NCBI RefSeq assembly: GCF_001194135.2
Contig: NC_068987.1
Location: 88,805,405-88,846,641, forward strand
DNA length: 41,237 nt
Reading direction: 5' to 3'
Origin: Octopus bimaculoides
Taxonomy: Eukaryota
Position numbers and translations under genes: made by a program. Positions within the stretch are counted from its first letter, which is position 1. Every line of letters starts with the position of its first letter. This document shows positions 21,111 to 34,645 of the stretch, piece by piece. The notes under the pieces are model-generated. The model was not told the origin of the DNA, ran no database searches, and was given only the letters and a program-made list of their open reading frames with translations.

Positions 21111-24100
21111 CTGGAAAAGAGCATCATAAGACGGTTCTTTTGTTTGTACTACAGTCTTGATTCAGGAGCACAAGCAGAGGTAAAAGTTGCTGTTATATCA
21201 ATTACCCTATTGCACACTTTGACTACATAATCATTTTATCCATCCGGTTTCTGCTAAAAGTATGTCCACAACCTCACATTCACTATTTGCAGAAGAATTT
21301 ATACCTATATTCTTTGCCTGTGAGAAACCTTGTTGAAATCCCCCTTCATCTTACCTCTTGCACTCAGCACACATCTACATGCCGTCATTCTAGCATTTCA
21401 ACAGTCTCACCAAACCTACCTTTCGTTGTGCTTACATTGATTGTAGCTGCCTGAAGGTTGTAGACTTGATAGGAAGAGTGGGTGGGTGCTGAGGAACAGC
21501 TTTCAGCATCTGTAAAGGAGAAATTGTGTGGGAACATTTGCTGCAGGCAAAGTGCTCTTATTTCTTTATTGCCCACAAGGGACTAAACATAGAGGGGACA
21601 AACAAGGACAGACAAAGGGATTAAGTTGATTACATTGACCTCAGTGCATAACTGGTACTTAATTTATCGACCCCGAAAGGATGAAAGGCAAAGTCGACCT
21701 CGGCAGAATTTGAACTCAGAACGTAACAGCAAACGAAATACCGCTAAGCATTTCACACGGCATGCTAACATTTCTGCCAGCTCGTTGCCTTCGCAGGCAA
21801 ATTGCTCTTGCTGCACATTGTCAAATAAACTTTGTTTGCTTTTCAGTAAACATCTCTTATTGAATTGTGTTTAGTCTTCTATTTGGTAACCTCACTAGTG
21901 CTGGTGCCACATAAAAAGCACCCAGTACAGTCTGTAAAAGGATTGAAATTAGGACTATCTAACCATGAAAACCATGTCAAAGGAGACATTGGAGCACAAC
22001 ACGGCCCTCCAACTCATCAGATCGTATTGAACTGTCCAACCCAGCCAGCATAGAAGATGGATATTAAATGAAGATGTTCAGTTGTCAGTTAGAAGCTGAA
22101 ATTTCCATTCATAAAAACCGTACATGTATTTGAAATATTTTATGATAAATTCTACTCAGAGGCGATATGTACTTCAGTTGAAATTTCTTTCATGTGTTTT
22201 CTGTAAAATTTATCCTGGATCAGTGATAAACGAGGCTACATTTAGACTGAAATGTCAATAACAAGATCGTTCTGTTTCGTTTACCACCCTTTTTATTTAT
22301 TAGTTATAACATACACCATGCTTATTTCCCTCGAATCTCTTTACTTTCATATACTTTCATATTACTATTAGGACGGGACTGATGCTGAATTATCTCCCTT
22401 ACTCATTCAACACCATTTTTCTTTATGCATAGAGAGTTTATGTTTTGCACATAATCCTTATTAACAAAAACACTTATGAATTTAATGTCTTTACAACAAA
22501 ATGTTGGTGAAATGTTTATTGCCTTTTTGAGTTGGATTAGAGACAACAACAAAGAATGTCCTCTCCCATCGAAGGAAAAAACAGAAAAACAGATTGTCTC
22601 CATTTCACAAAATGTCAACTTAACAAATTTATCTGTTTGAAAGAAGTTTTGTACTGATTTCGTTAAATCCATCCTATCAGACAAATGCTAAACTGTTTGA
22701 GTTTGGTGAAATGTGGAATACTCTCTGCTCTTGATGAGTATTGTCAAGCATATAAAAGCAGGAAATAAAAATTTCATGTACAATAACTATTATACGTACA
22801 TAGCTTTCTAGAACTAATTTTAAATAGACTTAGTTTCTGAGTAAAAGATATACAAAAAAAGAAATGTATATTGAAAAGTGAGTTCATAGTGTCTATTTTG
22901 CTGACAAGATCCAATAAGACATATCCATCTCATTAACTAAGATCAACTTTCCTGTTATACATGAGAAGAATTGTTTTTCATTCTTAATTTATTGAAATTA
23001 TTTTCTTCTCACTTTTTTCATGTCTTGCTCATGTATACCCCTAGGTTTTTGTTTTCTCTCTCTCACTAAGAGGAAATTTGAATACATTAAGAATGTTCTG
23101 CCTATGTCATTCAATACACCCACACATGTAGTTATTCACTTTTGTTTATTAATTTTAAACAACTGTTCAAGGTTCAGGAATTGCGTATACTCTGGTAATG
23201 TTTACCAAATACATAATGCTTAGATATCATTGTTTAATTGTTTGTTTGGTTTGGTTTGGTCAAAAGTCAGTTAAAACTAGTTGTGTCTGGAGAAAGCCCA
23301 TTTAGTTTGAATTCTTTCAATGAAGATGAGACAGCACTTTGGTATTTAAGATTTTAAAATTTTAGTTGTCAGTTTTTGTACCAATTTTCTAGAAATCAGT
23401 TTTGAAAGAAAAAAAAAATAAATAAATGATGGTCAACTGGAAGACAACCTATTGTTCTGTTACTGTTTCAAATAAGACCATCAAAGACCTATCAAGAAAC
23501 CCAAAGAACTCGTCCAAATGTCAAAGTCAGAGTTGTGCAAGATGTCACTCAATAATCAGGAACCAAGACCAAATTCTTACTCAAACAACTACAGAGAATT
23601 ATCATATACCTATTCGTGAGATACCCATTTGTGAACAGGACAAATATATCTCGGCAATTAGCCCTGTGCTCAGCCCATTGGCTCATTTGGAATATTCACG
23701 CAGATTAAAGGGGTCATTAATTAAAAAACAGGTATTTTACTAATTTGTGATTTAATCACTTTTTAAAATTACTTGAAGCAGTGATAAGTTCAGTTTTCAT
23801 TCTTTTAACTAATTAGTGCCTCCAATTTTTTTATTTAATTTATTACCAAAAATTTTTTTTTACATAACTTTATCTGATACTAAATATATTTAAAAAAAAA
23901 AATTATTACAATATTTGAAAGACATTCCAATCTTGATGATTAAAGGCATCTCAGAAAAATACAGGTGTTGCAGAAATATGATCGCTTATCCTTCTGGTCC
24001 TAAAAAAAGGGACCATGGGCACTAATGGGTTAATATATATTTCATTTATTCAAGTGGTAATCTGGCAGGACTGTTAGCACACTGGGCAATATTTTGTCCA

Positions 24101-24876
24101 TCGTTACGTTCTGAGTTCAAATACTTCTGAAGTCAGCTTTACCTTTTCTCCTTTCAGTGAAACAGTAGGGGTCAATGTAACTGACCCACTTTTACTCCCC
24201 TACACTTACTGGTTTTGTGCTGAAATTTGAAACCAATATATATTTCAGTTATTAACAAAAAGCTTATTATCAATGAGTTTGTATTGATGATGAATAACCT
24301 TTAAAAATATGGATCACTTTATCGAATCAGTATTATTTTTTTGCTTTGATATTAGCAATTTTGAATTATTTTCAAGTGTATTTTTGAATGCTGGCATAAC
24401 TGTATAGTTTTGAATCTCACTTTGCAAGCACATTGGTTCCAGGTTCAGCCCTACAGCATGGCACCTTGGGCTAGTGTCCTCTATAACCCCTGGTTGACCA
24501 ATCTCTTGAGTGAATTTGGTTGATAGAAAATGTGTGGAAGCCCATCATATGTGTGTGTGTGTGTGTCTGTGTTTGCCCCCTCTATCACTGTTTAACAACT
24601 CAGCAGTTCAGCAAAAGAAGCAATAAAATAGGTACCAGGCTTAAAACAGCACGAAGGCCTTCAAAGTGGTGCCCCAGCATGGCTGCAGTCCACTGACTGA
24701 AACAAGTAAAAGATCAAAGATATATTGTCAGCTTCACTCTATTGAAATGTTATTTTATTCCTTTCCTAAACCAATAATACAATTACTATTTTAGATAATT
24801 GCATTTTCAAGTTTCTTTATTGTTATTCATGCTTAAACTGTGTTAATTATCAACTCGTTCTTTTTTCATTAATTAG

Positions 24877-24981
<105 letters not shown>

Positions 24982-25385
24982 TAAACCGTTTCTAGTTGTT
25001 CAGTTCCTATGTTTCTTGAGAAAGAAAACACAGCATTCATTTTTTTGCTCTTATTTGTTAGGTTTTGTTTTATTTCCTTCTAATTTCACTGAAGTTGTGT
25101 TTAAAATCTAAAATATCATTGGGGACTCTTACAACCACTTCACCTTTCTTTAAATTGCATCGACATCAGTTGGGTAAAGTTACAATCTTGAAATAGTCAT
25201 TGCCAAATCTTAGTTTACAATCTCACATTTGTGCAGGCATGGCTGTCTGCTAAGAAGTTTGCTTCCCAACCACATGGCTTCAGGTTCAATCATACTGCAC
25301 GGCACCTTGGGCAAGTGTCTTCCATGGACCTTTTGTCAATGAAAGCCTTGTGTGGATTTGGTAGATGGAAACTGAAAAAAGCCTG

Positions 25386-25420
<35 letters not shown>

Positions 25421-26448
25421 NNNNNNNNNNNNNNNNNNNNNNNNNNNNNNNNNNNNNNNNNNNNNNNNNNNNNNNNNNNNNNNNNNNNNNNNNNNNNNNN
25501 NNNNNNNNNNNNNNNNNNNNNNNNNNNNNNNNNNNNNNNNNNNNNNNNNNNNNNNNNNNNNNNNNNNNNNNNNNNNNNNNNNNNNNNNNNNNNNNNNNNN
25601 NNNNNNNNNNNNNNNNNNNNNNNNNNNNNNNNNNNNNNNNNNNNNNNNNNNNNNNNNNNNNNNNNNNNNNNNNNNNNNNNNNNNNNNNNNNNNNNNNNNN
25701 NNNNNNNNNNNNNNNNNNNNNNNNNNNNNNNNNNNNNNNNNNNNNNNNNNNNNNNNNNNNNNNNNNNNNNNNNNNNNNNNNNNNNNNNNNNNNNNNNNNN
25801 NNNNNNNNNNNNNNNNNNNNNNNNNNNNNNNNNNNNNNNNNNNNNNNNNNNNNNNNNNNNNNNNNNNNNNNNNNNNNNNNNNNNNNNNNNNNNNNNNNNN
25901 NNNNNNNNNNNNNNNNNNNNNNNNNNNNNNNNNNNNNNNNNNNNNNNNNNNNNNNNNNNNNNNNNNNNNNNNNNNNNNNNNNNNNNNNNNNNNNNNNNNN
26001 NNNNNNNNNNNNNNNNNNNNNNNNNNNNNNNNNNNNNNNNNNNNNNNNNNNNNNNNNNNNNNNNNNNNNNNNNNGTAAATAAAATTATAACATAAACAAT
26101 TAAATATAAGAAATAATAATTTCTTAAAGTATGTGTTAATCCCCATGTACCCAGACTTTGTGGACACCCTGTATATATATATGTATATATATATATATAT
26201 ATAATTTAGAGAAAGACCACTATTAAATAATTCAATAATGAAGAATGTAATTCATCCCCTCTAGAAGAGAAATATATCATAAAAACCTTATTCTAAAAAT
26301 CAATAAAGTATATAAAAGAATAACTAGTGAATGGTTACAGTCGGGCTCAAACATTTTGAAATCCTCAAACTGTATTGATCTTTAATTACATATCAGTGAT
26401 TTGTATTGTATAATTTACATGTATTTTTGTTTCTTCTCATTCTTCTAG

Positions 26449-26515
26449 TTGATGTTGAACATTCTCACATCCGTTTCCTTGGTAACCTAGTTCTCAATCT
26501 TTGGGATTGTGGTGG
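26449..26515 (+). CDS. RRAGA: RagA exon 3 ([23 protein letters not shown])
   Basis: ctag| acceptor, |gtaagt donor, 67 nt, phase 1 to phase 2. Confidence 0.97.
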
Positions 26516-28898
26516 GTAAGTACCCATGTTTCAATGACTTATACACATCAACACATTACAGACACAAGGTAGCAAGAAGATCAGTCATTCTACAAATGTT
26601 TCAAAGATTTCAGCTTTTCTCTGTATTATTTAAATAGTAATATGCAAGTTATCATCATCATCGTCATTTAACGTCCGCTTTCCATGCTGGCATGGGTTGG
26701 ACGGTTTGACTGAGGACTGGCAAGCCAGAAGGCTGCACCAGGCTCCAATCTGATCTGGCAATATTTCTACAGTTGGATGCCCTTCCTAACACCAACCACT
26801 CCAAGAGCATCCCACCAGCATGTAAGTTATGATAAAGCAAATTTTGCTGCTGAAGGAAAACATTTCATGAAGATCTGAAAGTTGGTTTAACCCTTTTGGT
26901 ACCAACCCACAACACTGCCTCTGGTTCTATGACAAATTTCCTGTTAATTTGTTCCAAACACCAGGTTAATAAGGACAAAGTTACTTTACTAAATTCTTCA
27001 TAATTTCCAAAACGAATTGAAACCAAGTCAGTGTATTTCAACAGAAATATGGTAACAAAAAGGGTCAAATAGTAAAGTAGTAAGCCCCTTGGACATTAAC
27101 TGTTTCAAGCCTTAGGGGTCATTAGGCTGGTTGCCTGGTTTCCATGGTATTTGAGTGACCAAAATCACAAGATACCCCTTGAATGGGATGCAAGTTTATC
27201 GCAGGGTTACTCGGTAGAGCAACATGAAATGAAGTGCATAGCATAAGAACACAACACACCACCCAGTCTGGGAATTGAAACCACAATTTTACCGCTGTGA
27301 GTGCAACACCCTAACCACAAGGCTACACACCTTAACAGATGGTTTAAGATTAGGAGGAATTCATCTGCTTCAGTATTTGTTTGGCGTCGTATATTGGTTA
27401 ATATTGCAATTATTCAAAGTGGTGAGCTGATCGAACCATTATCACACCAGGCAAAATGCTTAACGGCTGTTCATCCACCTTTACATTCTGAGTTCAAATT
27501 CCATTGAGGTCAACTCTGTTTCTCATCCTTTCGGGGTCATTAAAATAAATACCAGTAGATCAAAGGGATCATTGTAATCAACTTACCCAACTCACCGAAA
27601 TTGCTGGCTTTGTGCCAAAATTTGAAACCAGTGTTACAAATACCTTGAGAGTAGGAGAATTAACTGTGTCTAAAGAATATCAGTGGATACTTTGGTATTT
27701 CACTGTTCTAAGTTTAAACTCCACTGGGGTCAGCTTTGCTTTTTACTGTTTTTAGGTCTATAAAATAAACAGTTTTATGTTGTTTGCTGGACTCAATTTA
27801 ATCAACCATATTTTTCCTCTACAAAAACTGATTTTGTGTTTAATCAAGAGAAATCAATATTACAATTGATGGTTGAACTCTTTGGAATAATTCACCAACA
27901 TGACTTTGATTCTTGATTGCACCCATTTCCCTTCACATCTATAAATGATTTCCATCCTTCCGTCCATCTTCTCTATCCTCCGTTCCTGAGATGGTCACAG
28001 GGGTAGAGTCTTCAGACTCTTTCTCTATACAGGTAGAGTGCTCAAGTAACAATCAGAAGTTTAGCAAAACAAGAACTTAATTCCTATCCTGGTACTCAGT
28101 GTTAAGCAGTTAGCCTTCATTAAATACTATGTAATTAACACACTGATTTACTAATTACAATTTCATCTACTTAAACCTTCCTATTTATTCTTTTATTATT
28201 TTAGGAATAAATTCTTTGCCCATCTCAGTCCTTTGGAAAATACTTGAACTCTCCCAGTTCACAAGTAATTAGCTGTTTTGCTGTAAAATATGTGCTCCAG
28301 TAACTCATGTAAATGTCTGAATTTGTAAAACTGTCTAACCTATACATCATAGAATGACAAATACAAAACTGTGTTTAGTGATTATTGTAAATACTTCAAC
28401 GAGCATTTACCATGAATACATTTTGTTAAAGAAACTCGTAAAATGAAAGAGATGTAAAAAAACAATCTGGAGGAAATGGTTGACTAACGAGAGCATTGGA
28501 TAAAATAATGTTTCATAGTTTATTATTTAACCCTTCTGTTGCCATGTTTCTGTTAAAATACTCTGTCTTTATTTTAATTAATTTTGCAAATAATGAAGAA
28601 TTTAGTAAAATAACTTAGTCATTACTAAACTGATGTTTGGAACATGAACTAATCTTGAATTTTGATGGAAGGTTTTAAATCAGATGACATTAAGACAAGA
28701 AGTTTGTATCATAAAACCAGGGGCACTCTTCAACAGGATAGTGTCAAAAGGGGCTAACTCTACTTAACCTTCCAAAGTTGATAAAACATACAGTAATATA
28801 TTGCACCAATCCACTTAACTGTACACAATTCCATTCGACAATTCATTATGTGTCAAAAAAAAAAATTAATCCATTATTTTGACTTTTCTTTTTTTAAG

Positions 28899-29121
28899 AC
28901 AAGAAGCTTTTATGGAGAACTATTTTGCCAGCCAGAGAGATAATATTTTCCGAAATGTTGAGGTTCTTATTTATGTATTTGATGTGGAGAGCCGGGAATT
29001 GGAAAAAGATATGCACTACTATCAGTCCTGCTTAGAAGCTATATTACAGAACTCCCCAGAGGCGAAGGTTTTCTGCTTAATTCACAAAATGGATTTAGTC
29101 CATGAAGATCAAAGAGATATT
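28899..29121 (+). CDS. RRAGA: RagA exon 4 (QEAFMENYF...[13 protein letters not shown])
   Basis: taag| acceptor, |gtaagt donor, 223 nt. Matches the ORF-track entry 28879..29247. Confidence 0.97.
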
Positions 29122-29132
29122 GTAAGTTTTTG

Positions 29133-29198
<66 letters not shown>

Positions 29199-30183
29199 CG
29201 TTTTTGGATTTGGTTTGCAAGATTTTTCATGTGATTTCGTGTGTTGAAGCGTATTCTGTTGTATCTGGGGAGAGTCATTTTCTTATTGTGCCTTAAAATT
29301 TAACACACTCACCGTTAAAATTTCCACTTATTTTTCTTTTTATTTTCCTAAAATTTTCGTTGCATCTTGCAATCTTATCAATTGTCTTGACTGTCCGTTA
29401 TTTATGCTGCGTTATTTTTTGCTTTTGTTTGTTTTTGCGCATGTGTGTGTATGTATGCATGCATGTATGTGTGCATGTGTGTATGTGTGTGTGCATATGT
29501 ATATATGTATGTATGTGTGTGTATGCATATATGTATGTATGTGTGTGCATTTGCATGTATGTATGTATGTATGTATGTGCGTTTGCATGTATGTATGTGT
29601 TCTGCATATTCCTGTGTTTGTGTGTTTTTTATGTATGTGTGTATATGTATGTATGTACCTCTGTCTCCTTGTGTGTGCATGTCTGAGTGTGTGTGTGTGT
29701 GTGTTTTGCTGCTATGTACCATGTTTGTATGTATGGGTGCACATCTTCATATGTGTGGACATGTGTCTTTGTGTGAAGTAAAGTGTGTGTGTGTGTGTGG
29801 TCATGTGTTTCAGTCTCTATTTGCGTATGTGGTTGTCTGTTCATATACCCTACATAGGGTTTATCATATTCATAGCTATCATCATCAATTCAATTAAAAC
29901 ACAAGCATAACATTGCAGATGAATAAACTGAAATGAGATTTGCAACCTCATCAGTGGCATAACCTCTCTACTGCAGGCCTGCTTTATAACCATCAGACTG
30001 ACCTGAAGCACATCTTGAGTAGAAAGGCCATGTCACTGATGAAGTCTTGTATGGCCTCAAAAGGACTTTGACAAACCTCACTGATTGATTGATTGATTAC
30101 TGAAATGAAATATTTTCTCAAAAGAAATGAAGTAATTTTTTAATTGACTTTCTCAAAATGTCTCCAATTGTTTTTTCATCCAG

Positions 30184-30279
30184 ATTTTCCATGAAAGAGA
30201 AGATGACTTAAAACGACTGTCAAAACCCCTACAGTGTACCTGCTTTGCCACCTCAATATGGGACGAAACATTATATAAG
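30184..30279 (+). CDS. RRAGA: RagA exon 5 ([32 protein letters not shown])
   Basis: ccag| acceptor, |gtattt donor, 96 nt, phase 0 at both ends. Confidence 0.96.
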
Positions 30280-31243
30280 GTATTTTAGTTTCATCTTTTT
30301 AATTTTACCTGAAGCATTTACTGACATTTCTCAAAACAAAACAAAAGAAAAGGCTTTCATTAATCTAGACTTAGCTTAATATATGCATTTAGAAAAGCTT
30401 TAGGTTAAAATATGAGTTTGTATTATACAATAAGTATACAAGTATTGAACAGCACCAGTTTTAATATTTTGTCTCGGAGAAAATTTGTCAACAAAACTTG
30501 TATTAAAAACACAGTGCTCTGCTTAGAATGGTGGTGGGTCACCAGACATGATGTTTTGACCTGATTTTGTCTCCTCAGTGATGAAGACTTTCTGTGTTCT
30601 GAACCAACCTAAAAATTGTTCTAATATAGAAATCTGTAAACCGATGTTAAACAAAATAAACAAACGATGTAATTTTGAGGATGCAAGGCAGAAGTAAATC
30701 TGTGATGGTCTATCGTATCCTTAGTCAACCTCATCATTTAACATCCTGGGTTGAACAGCTTGACAAAATCTGGGCCATGTTGAGCTCCAGTGTCTGCTTT
30801 CTCATGATTTCTATGGCTGGATGCCCTTCCTAATGCCAACCACTTTCTAGTTTTTACTGGGTGCTCTAGTGGTCACCAAACAACTGGCAAGGCAAGAAAA
30901 CAACAGGTAAAAGATAAAATGAAAATGGAAGAAGCCATTTCTTTTGACTTACTGGAGTGGGAGTATTTGAGAGATGGTTCCAGGCTAGGCATTGAGTGAT
31001 CAAGGTATGATAGAGGTACAAGCACAGGTGTCTTGCTATAGAGGAGATCCAAGGCTACCCTGTAGTATATAAGGGTGGGTGTTGTCCCAATTGTTCTATT
31101 GAATGGTTAGTTTCCATGTGTTGTCACTCTGTGAAACGTAATCCATATGCATATTTGTTTTAATCTAAATTTCTTCCACTTTGCCAAAGTTTCTAGAAAT
31201 ATGACTTCAAGATATTTTAATTAACACCTCTTGAACTTTGTAG

Positions 31244-31366
31244 GCATGGTCATCAATAGTCTATCAACTAATTCCAAACGTACATCAGCTGGAAACCAAT
31301 TTAGCTCACTTTGCAGATGCTATTGACGCTGAAGAAATTTTGCTGTTTGAAAGAGCAACATTCCTT
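31244..31366 (+). CDS. RRAGA: RagA exon 6 ([13 protein letters not shown]...LLFERATFL)
   Basis: gtag| acceptor, |gtaaga donor, 123 nt. Confidence 0.96.
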
Positions 31367-31796
31367 GTAAGAAGAACTTTATTTTCTCACTCATTCTCTT
31401 GTTCACTTTCGCTTCCCTTCTAATTTTCTTTCCAACTTTTTCTATATTTTTCTTTGTCTTCCTCACTCTCTATGTCTCTCTTTTCTTTTCCTATTAAGAG
31501 CAGAACTTTACACGAAAGCTTGACATAGCTTTTAGTATATAAGGGAGATAATTCCTTGGAATAATTTATTTTTTATGACCATTTCACAAATTCCAAAAGA
31601 AATTGCCATTCTGTATTTAATTCATAATTTCGATATTTTAGCAAATAGTTATGAAAAGACAACAGAGAAAGCAATCAGAAAAAAAGGAGCTTTTAAGGAA
31701 GATCCATCTAAATAATATGCTTGTTCCAGCCATCCATTTTGATGGCCCCAGGTATAGAAGTCCTCAGATAAATAAACTTTGTTTTCTGTTTTGTAG

Positions 31797-32004
31797 GTGA
31801 TCTCCTATTGGCAGAGGAAACCTCATCGTGATGTGCACAGGTTTGAGAAGATCAGCAATATCATCAAACAATTTAAGCTGAGTTGTACAAAGGTAGCTGC
31901 TTCTTTCCAAAGTATGGAAGTCCGTAATTCCCGCTTTGCTGCTTTTGTTGATGCTTTCACCTCCAACACTTATGTTATGGTCATCATGGCTGACTCTTCA
32001 ATCA
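31797..32004 (+). CDS. RRAGA: RagA exon 7 ([30 protein letters not shown]...MADSSI)
   Basis: gtag| acceptor, |gtaagt donor, 208 nt, ends in phase 1. Confidence 0.96.
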
Positions 32005-32087
32005 GTAAGTATCCAACAACATCGTCTTGCTGTCTTTGTTTTGATTTTACAATCATCTCTCTCTGCTTTGTTCTGGGTATCTGTTGC

Positions 32088-32450
32088 TATAGTCGAAGGA
32101 AAATTGAACAAATCATGCTTGGAATCATCACATTGCGGGGCAAGAGAACTAATGCATGGATTGGACAACACATGAGAGTCAGTGACATCATAAGAACCAT
32201 TCAAGGAGGACAAATATAGATGGGCTGGCCACATCACATGATTGTAGAGCAGCAGGTGGACAGAGTGACGGAATGGACACTAAGACAATGGACTAGGTGA
32301 AGAGGCCAACCGAAGACAAGCTGGCAAGATGATCTCACCTGCTATCTGGGACCTAGATGACCGTCACTGACCAGAGACAGACAAAGGTGGAAGGAGTCCA
32401 GGAAGGGGTTCCTCCTTCAGGATTGATGAAGCCCTGGATAAGGATAAAGT
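32088..32450 (+). mobile_element. RTE-clade LINE 3' end in RagA intron 7
   Basis: [22 protein letters not shown], then RWAGHIT and KTSWQDDL after a frameshift, ending in a ggataaggataaag tail. Confidence 0.8.
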
Positions 32451-32984
32451 AACATACGGAATACAGCATCTGGCCTAAAACAGATATTGCTAGAAAGCTT
32501 TGTCCTCTGAAAAAGGCTGTGATATAATTTAATTATTTTACTATCGTCTATCTTTTACTTATTTCAGTCATCTGACTGTGGCCATACTGGGGCACTACCT
32601 TGAAGGTTTTGGTCAAACAAATCAACATCAGTACTTTTTTTGTTTTTTTCAAAGTCTAGTATTTATTCTGTAGATTTCTTTTGCTGAGTTGCTGGGACAT
32701 AAACAAACCAACACCAGTTGTCAAGCACTGGTGGGTACTAACACAACTACACACACACATGCACACATATACACAGTGTGCTTCTACACAGTTTCCATCT
32801 CCCAAATTCACTCACAAGACATTGGTCATCCTGGGGCTATGATACAAGACACTTGCCCATGGTGCCATACAGTGGGACTGAACCCAAACCCACAGGCCTG
32901 CTAAGCAAACTATTCCTGCATCTACAATGGCATTGACTTTTCACCTTTACAAAGCCAATATTTTTATTTCAAGCTCTCCTTTGA

Positions 32985-33715
32985 GTTAAAAAAGAACGGA
33001 TCCTATACACCATGGATCTTTCCTGCAGTCATACATGGACATAATGCAACAAATACTGACTGGTATTTCAAGCTGACTCCGGACAAGTGCACCACCATGC
33101 ATTTTGGGAGGAAAAACCCCAGCTTTTAAATACTCCCTTAACGACACCAATCTTAGAAGACTGCTAGTGAACATGACTTGTGCTTTGTCGTCAATAGCGA
33201 TTTGCATTGGACAAACCACATCTCTAAAATTGTCAAGAAGGCCAAGGATGTCTTAGTATCGCTTGGTAAGGCTTTTGTCGGCTGTTCTCCAGCGATCTGC
33301 TTCAAGGTGTATTTGGCTATGGTATGTCCACACTTTGAGTTTGCATCACCTACCTGGAACCTCTGTCTTGTTCAGAATACCAATCTTCTGGAAACTGTTC
33401 AAAAACGTCCAACCAGACAAATGCCTGCTGTTGGGCATCTTTCATACTCTGAATATCACGCTTCCCTGAGCATGGACACATTAAAGCTTTGACTTGGTAG
33501 ACACCCATAAGATTATCCACCATCTTTCCAACAACAGCCTTCGGCACCTTTTTGAATTTTATGTAGCTAACACTCGAGGATATGCTTACAAAATCAAAAA
33601 CCAACACATCACACATGACATTTGGAAACCTTTCATGCTTAGAATTGCCAAAGCATGGAATAAACTACCTGCATCAGCTGTTGGGACACTACATCCTTCC
33701 ATGCTTCCTGAAGTT
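32985..33715 (+). mobile_element. CR1/L2-group LINE 3' fragment
   Basis: SDLHWTNHISKIVKKA...PHFEFASPTWN...LLETVQKRPTR...LSYSE, then NTRGYAYKI and RIAKAWNKLP, all typical post-RT motifs of CR1/L2 elements. Confidence 0.85.
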
Positions 33716-34019
33716 CCCAAACAGACCCCCCCCCCACATTCTTTTTTCATTAATTGACTCATTAATTATTCATGCATGTATGCTATAAGTTCATCATTAT
33801 AACTGAATATGTTTCTTCCACTCTTCAAGACTGAGGTAAGATTTGAAGGAGGTTTAACTGCTGTTTCTAGCAAGCAAAGTTCTTTGACATGACTTGGTAT
33901 ATATTCTGTCAATCCTAGAGATATGAAGAGTGTATGTTAATCATTCCAAAATATAGAATGAGATTAAATATTGTTTTGTGTTTGGTATGTTGTTTTCTAC
34001 CGTCTTCATCTTTCTACTC

Positions 34020-34645
34020 CATCATCATTATCGTTGCCGTTTAACGTCCGCTTTCCATGCTGGCATGGGTTGGACGGTTTGACCGAGCGCTGGCATGCCA
34101 GAAGACTGCACCGGGCTCCAATCTCATCCGGCAGAGTTTCTACAGCTGGATGCCCTTTATAATGCCAACCACTCTGAGAGTGTAGTGGGTGTTTTTTACA
34201 TGCCATTGGCACAGGAGCCAGTCAGGTGGTATTGGCGTCGACCACGCTTGAATGGTGCTTTTTATGTGCCACCAGCACGGGAGCCAGTCAGGCAGCACTG
34301 GCAATGATCACGTTCAAATGATGCCTTTTACATGCCACCAGCACAGGACCAGTCAGGCGGTACTGTCATCGGCCATGACAGTGACTTGACTCAACAGGTC
34401 TTCACAAGCACATTTTATTGTCCAATGATTAAAGGGTACTCTTAGATGTGCTAGTTATGCTACACTGGCATAGGCTACAATTACGGTCTCACTTGGCTTG
34501 CTGGGTTTTCTCAAGCACATCATATTTCCAAAAGTCTCAGTCACTTGTCATCGCCTTTGTGAGGCCCAACGTTCGAAGGTCGTGCTTCACCACTTCATCC
34601 CAGGTCTTCTTGGGTCTACCTCTTCCACAAGTTCCCTCTACTGTT
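34020..34645 (-). mobile_element. RTE LINE 3' end with 3' UTR. The same terminal module recurs at about 10650-10790 (-), 14340-14560 (+), 21865-22075 (+), 26655-26810 (-), 30730-30860 (-) and 37070-37280 (+)
   Basis: Minus strand reads VEGTCGRGRPKKTWDEVVKHDLR, then three diverged repeats of about 65 bp, then the ...ccatgccagcatggaaagcggacgttaaacg (ATG)n terminus. Confidence 0.8.

Noticed and set aside
30030-30090. TGATGA...CTGA pair in RagA intron 4, possible C/D snoRNA or hammerhead, plus a 13-bp inverted repeat with 29947-29959
   Set aside because: No recognisable rRNA or snRNA guide, a weak terminal stem and no GAAA after the stem. A (TGAT)n tail suggests a retroelement end instead.
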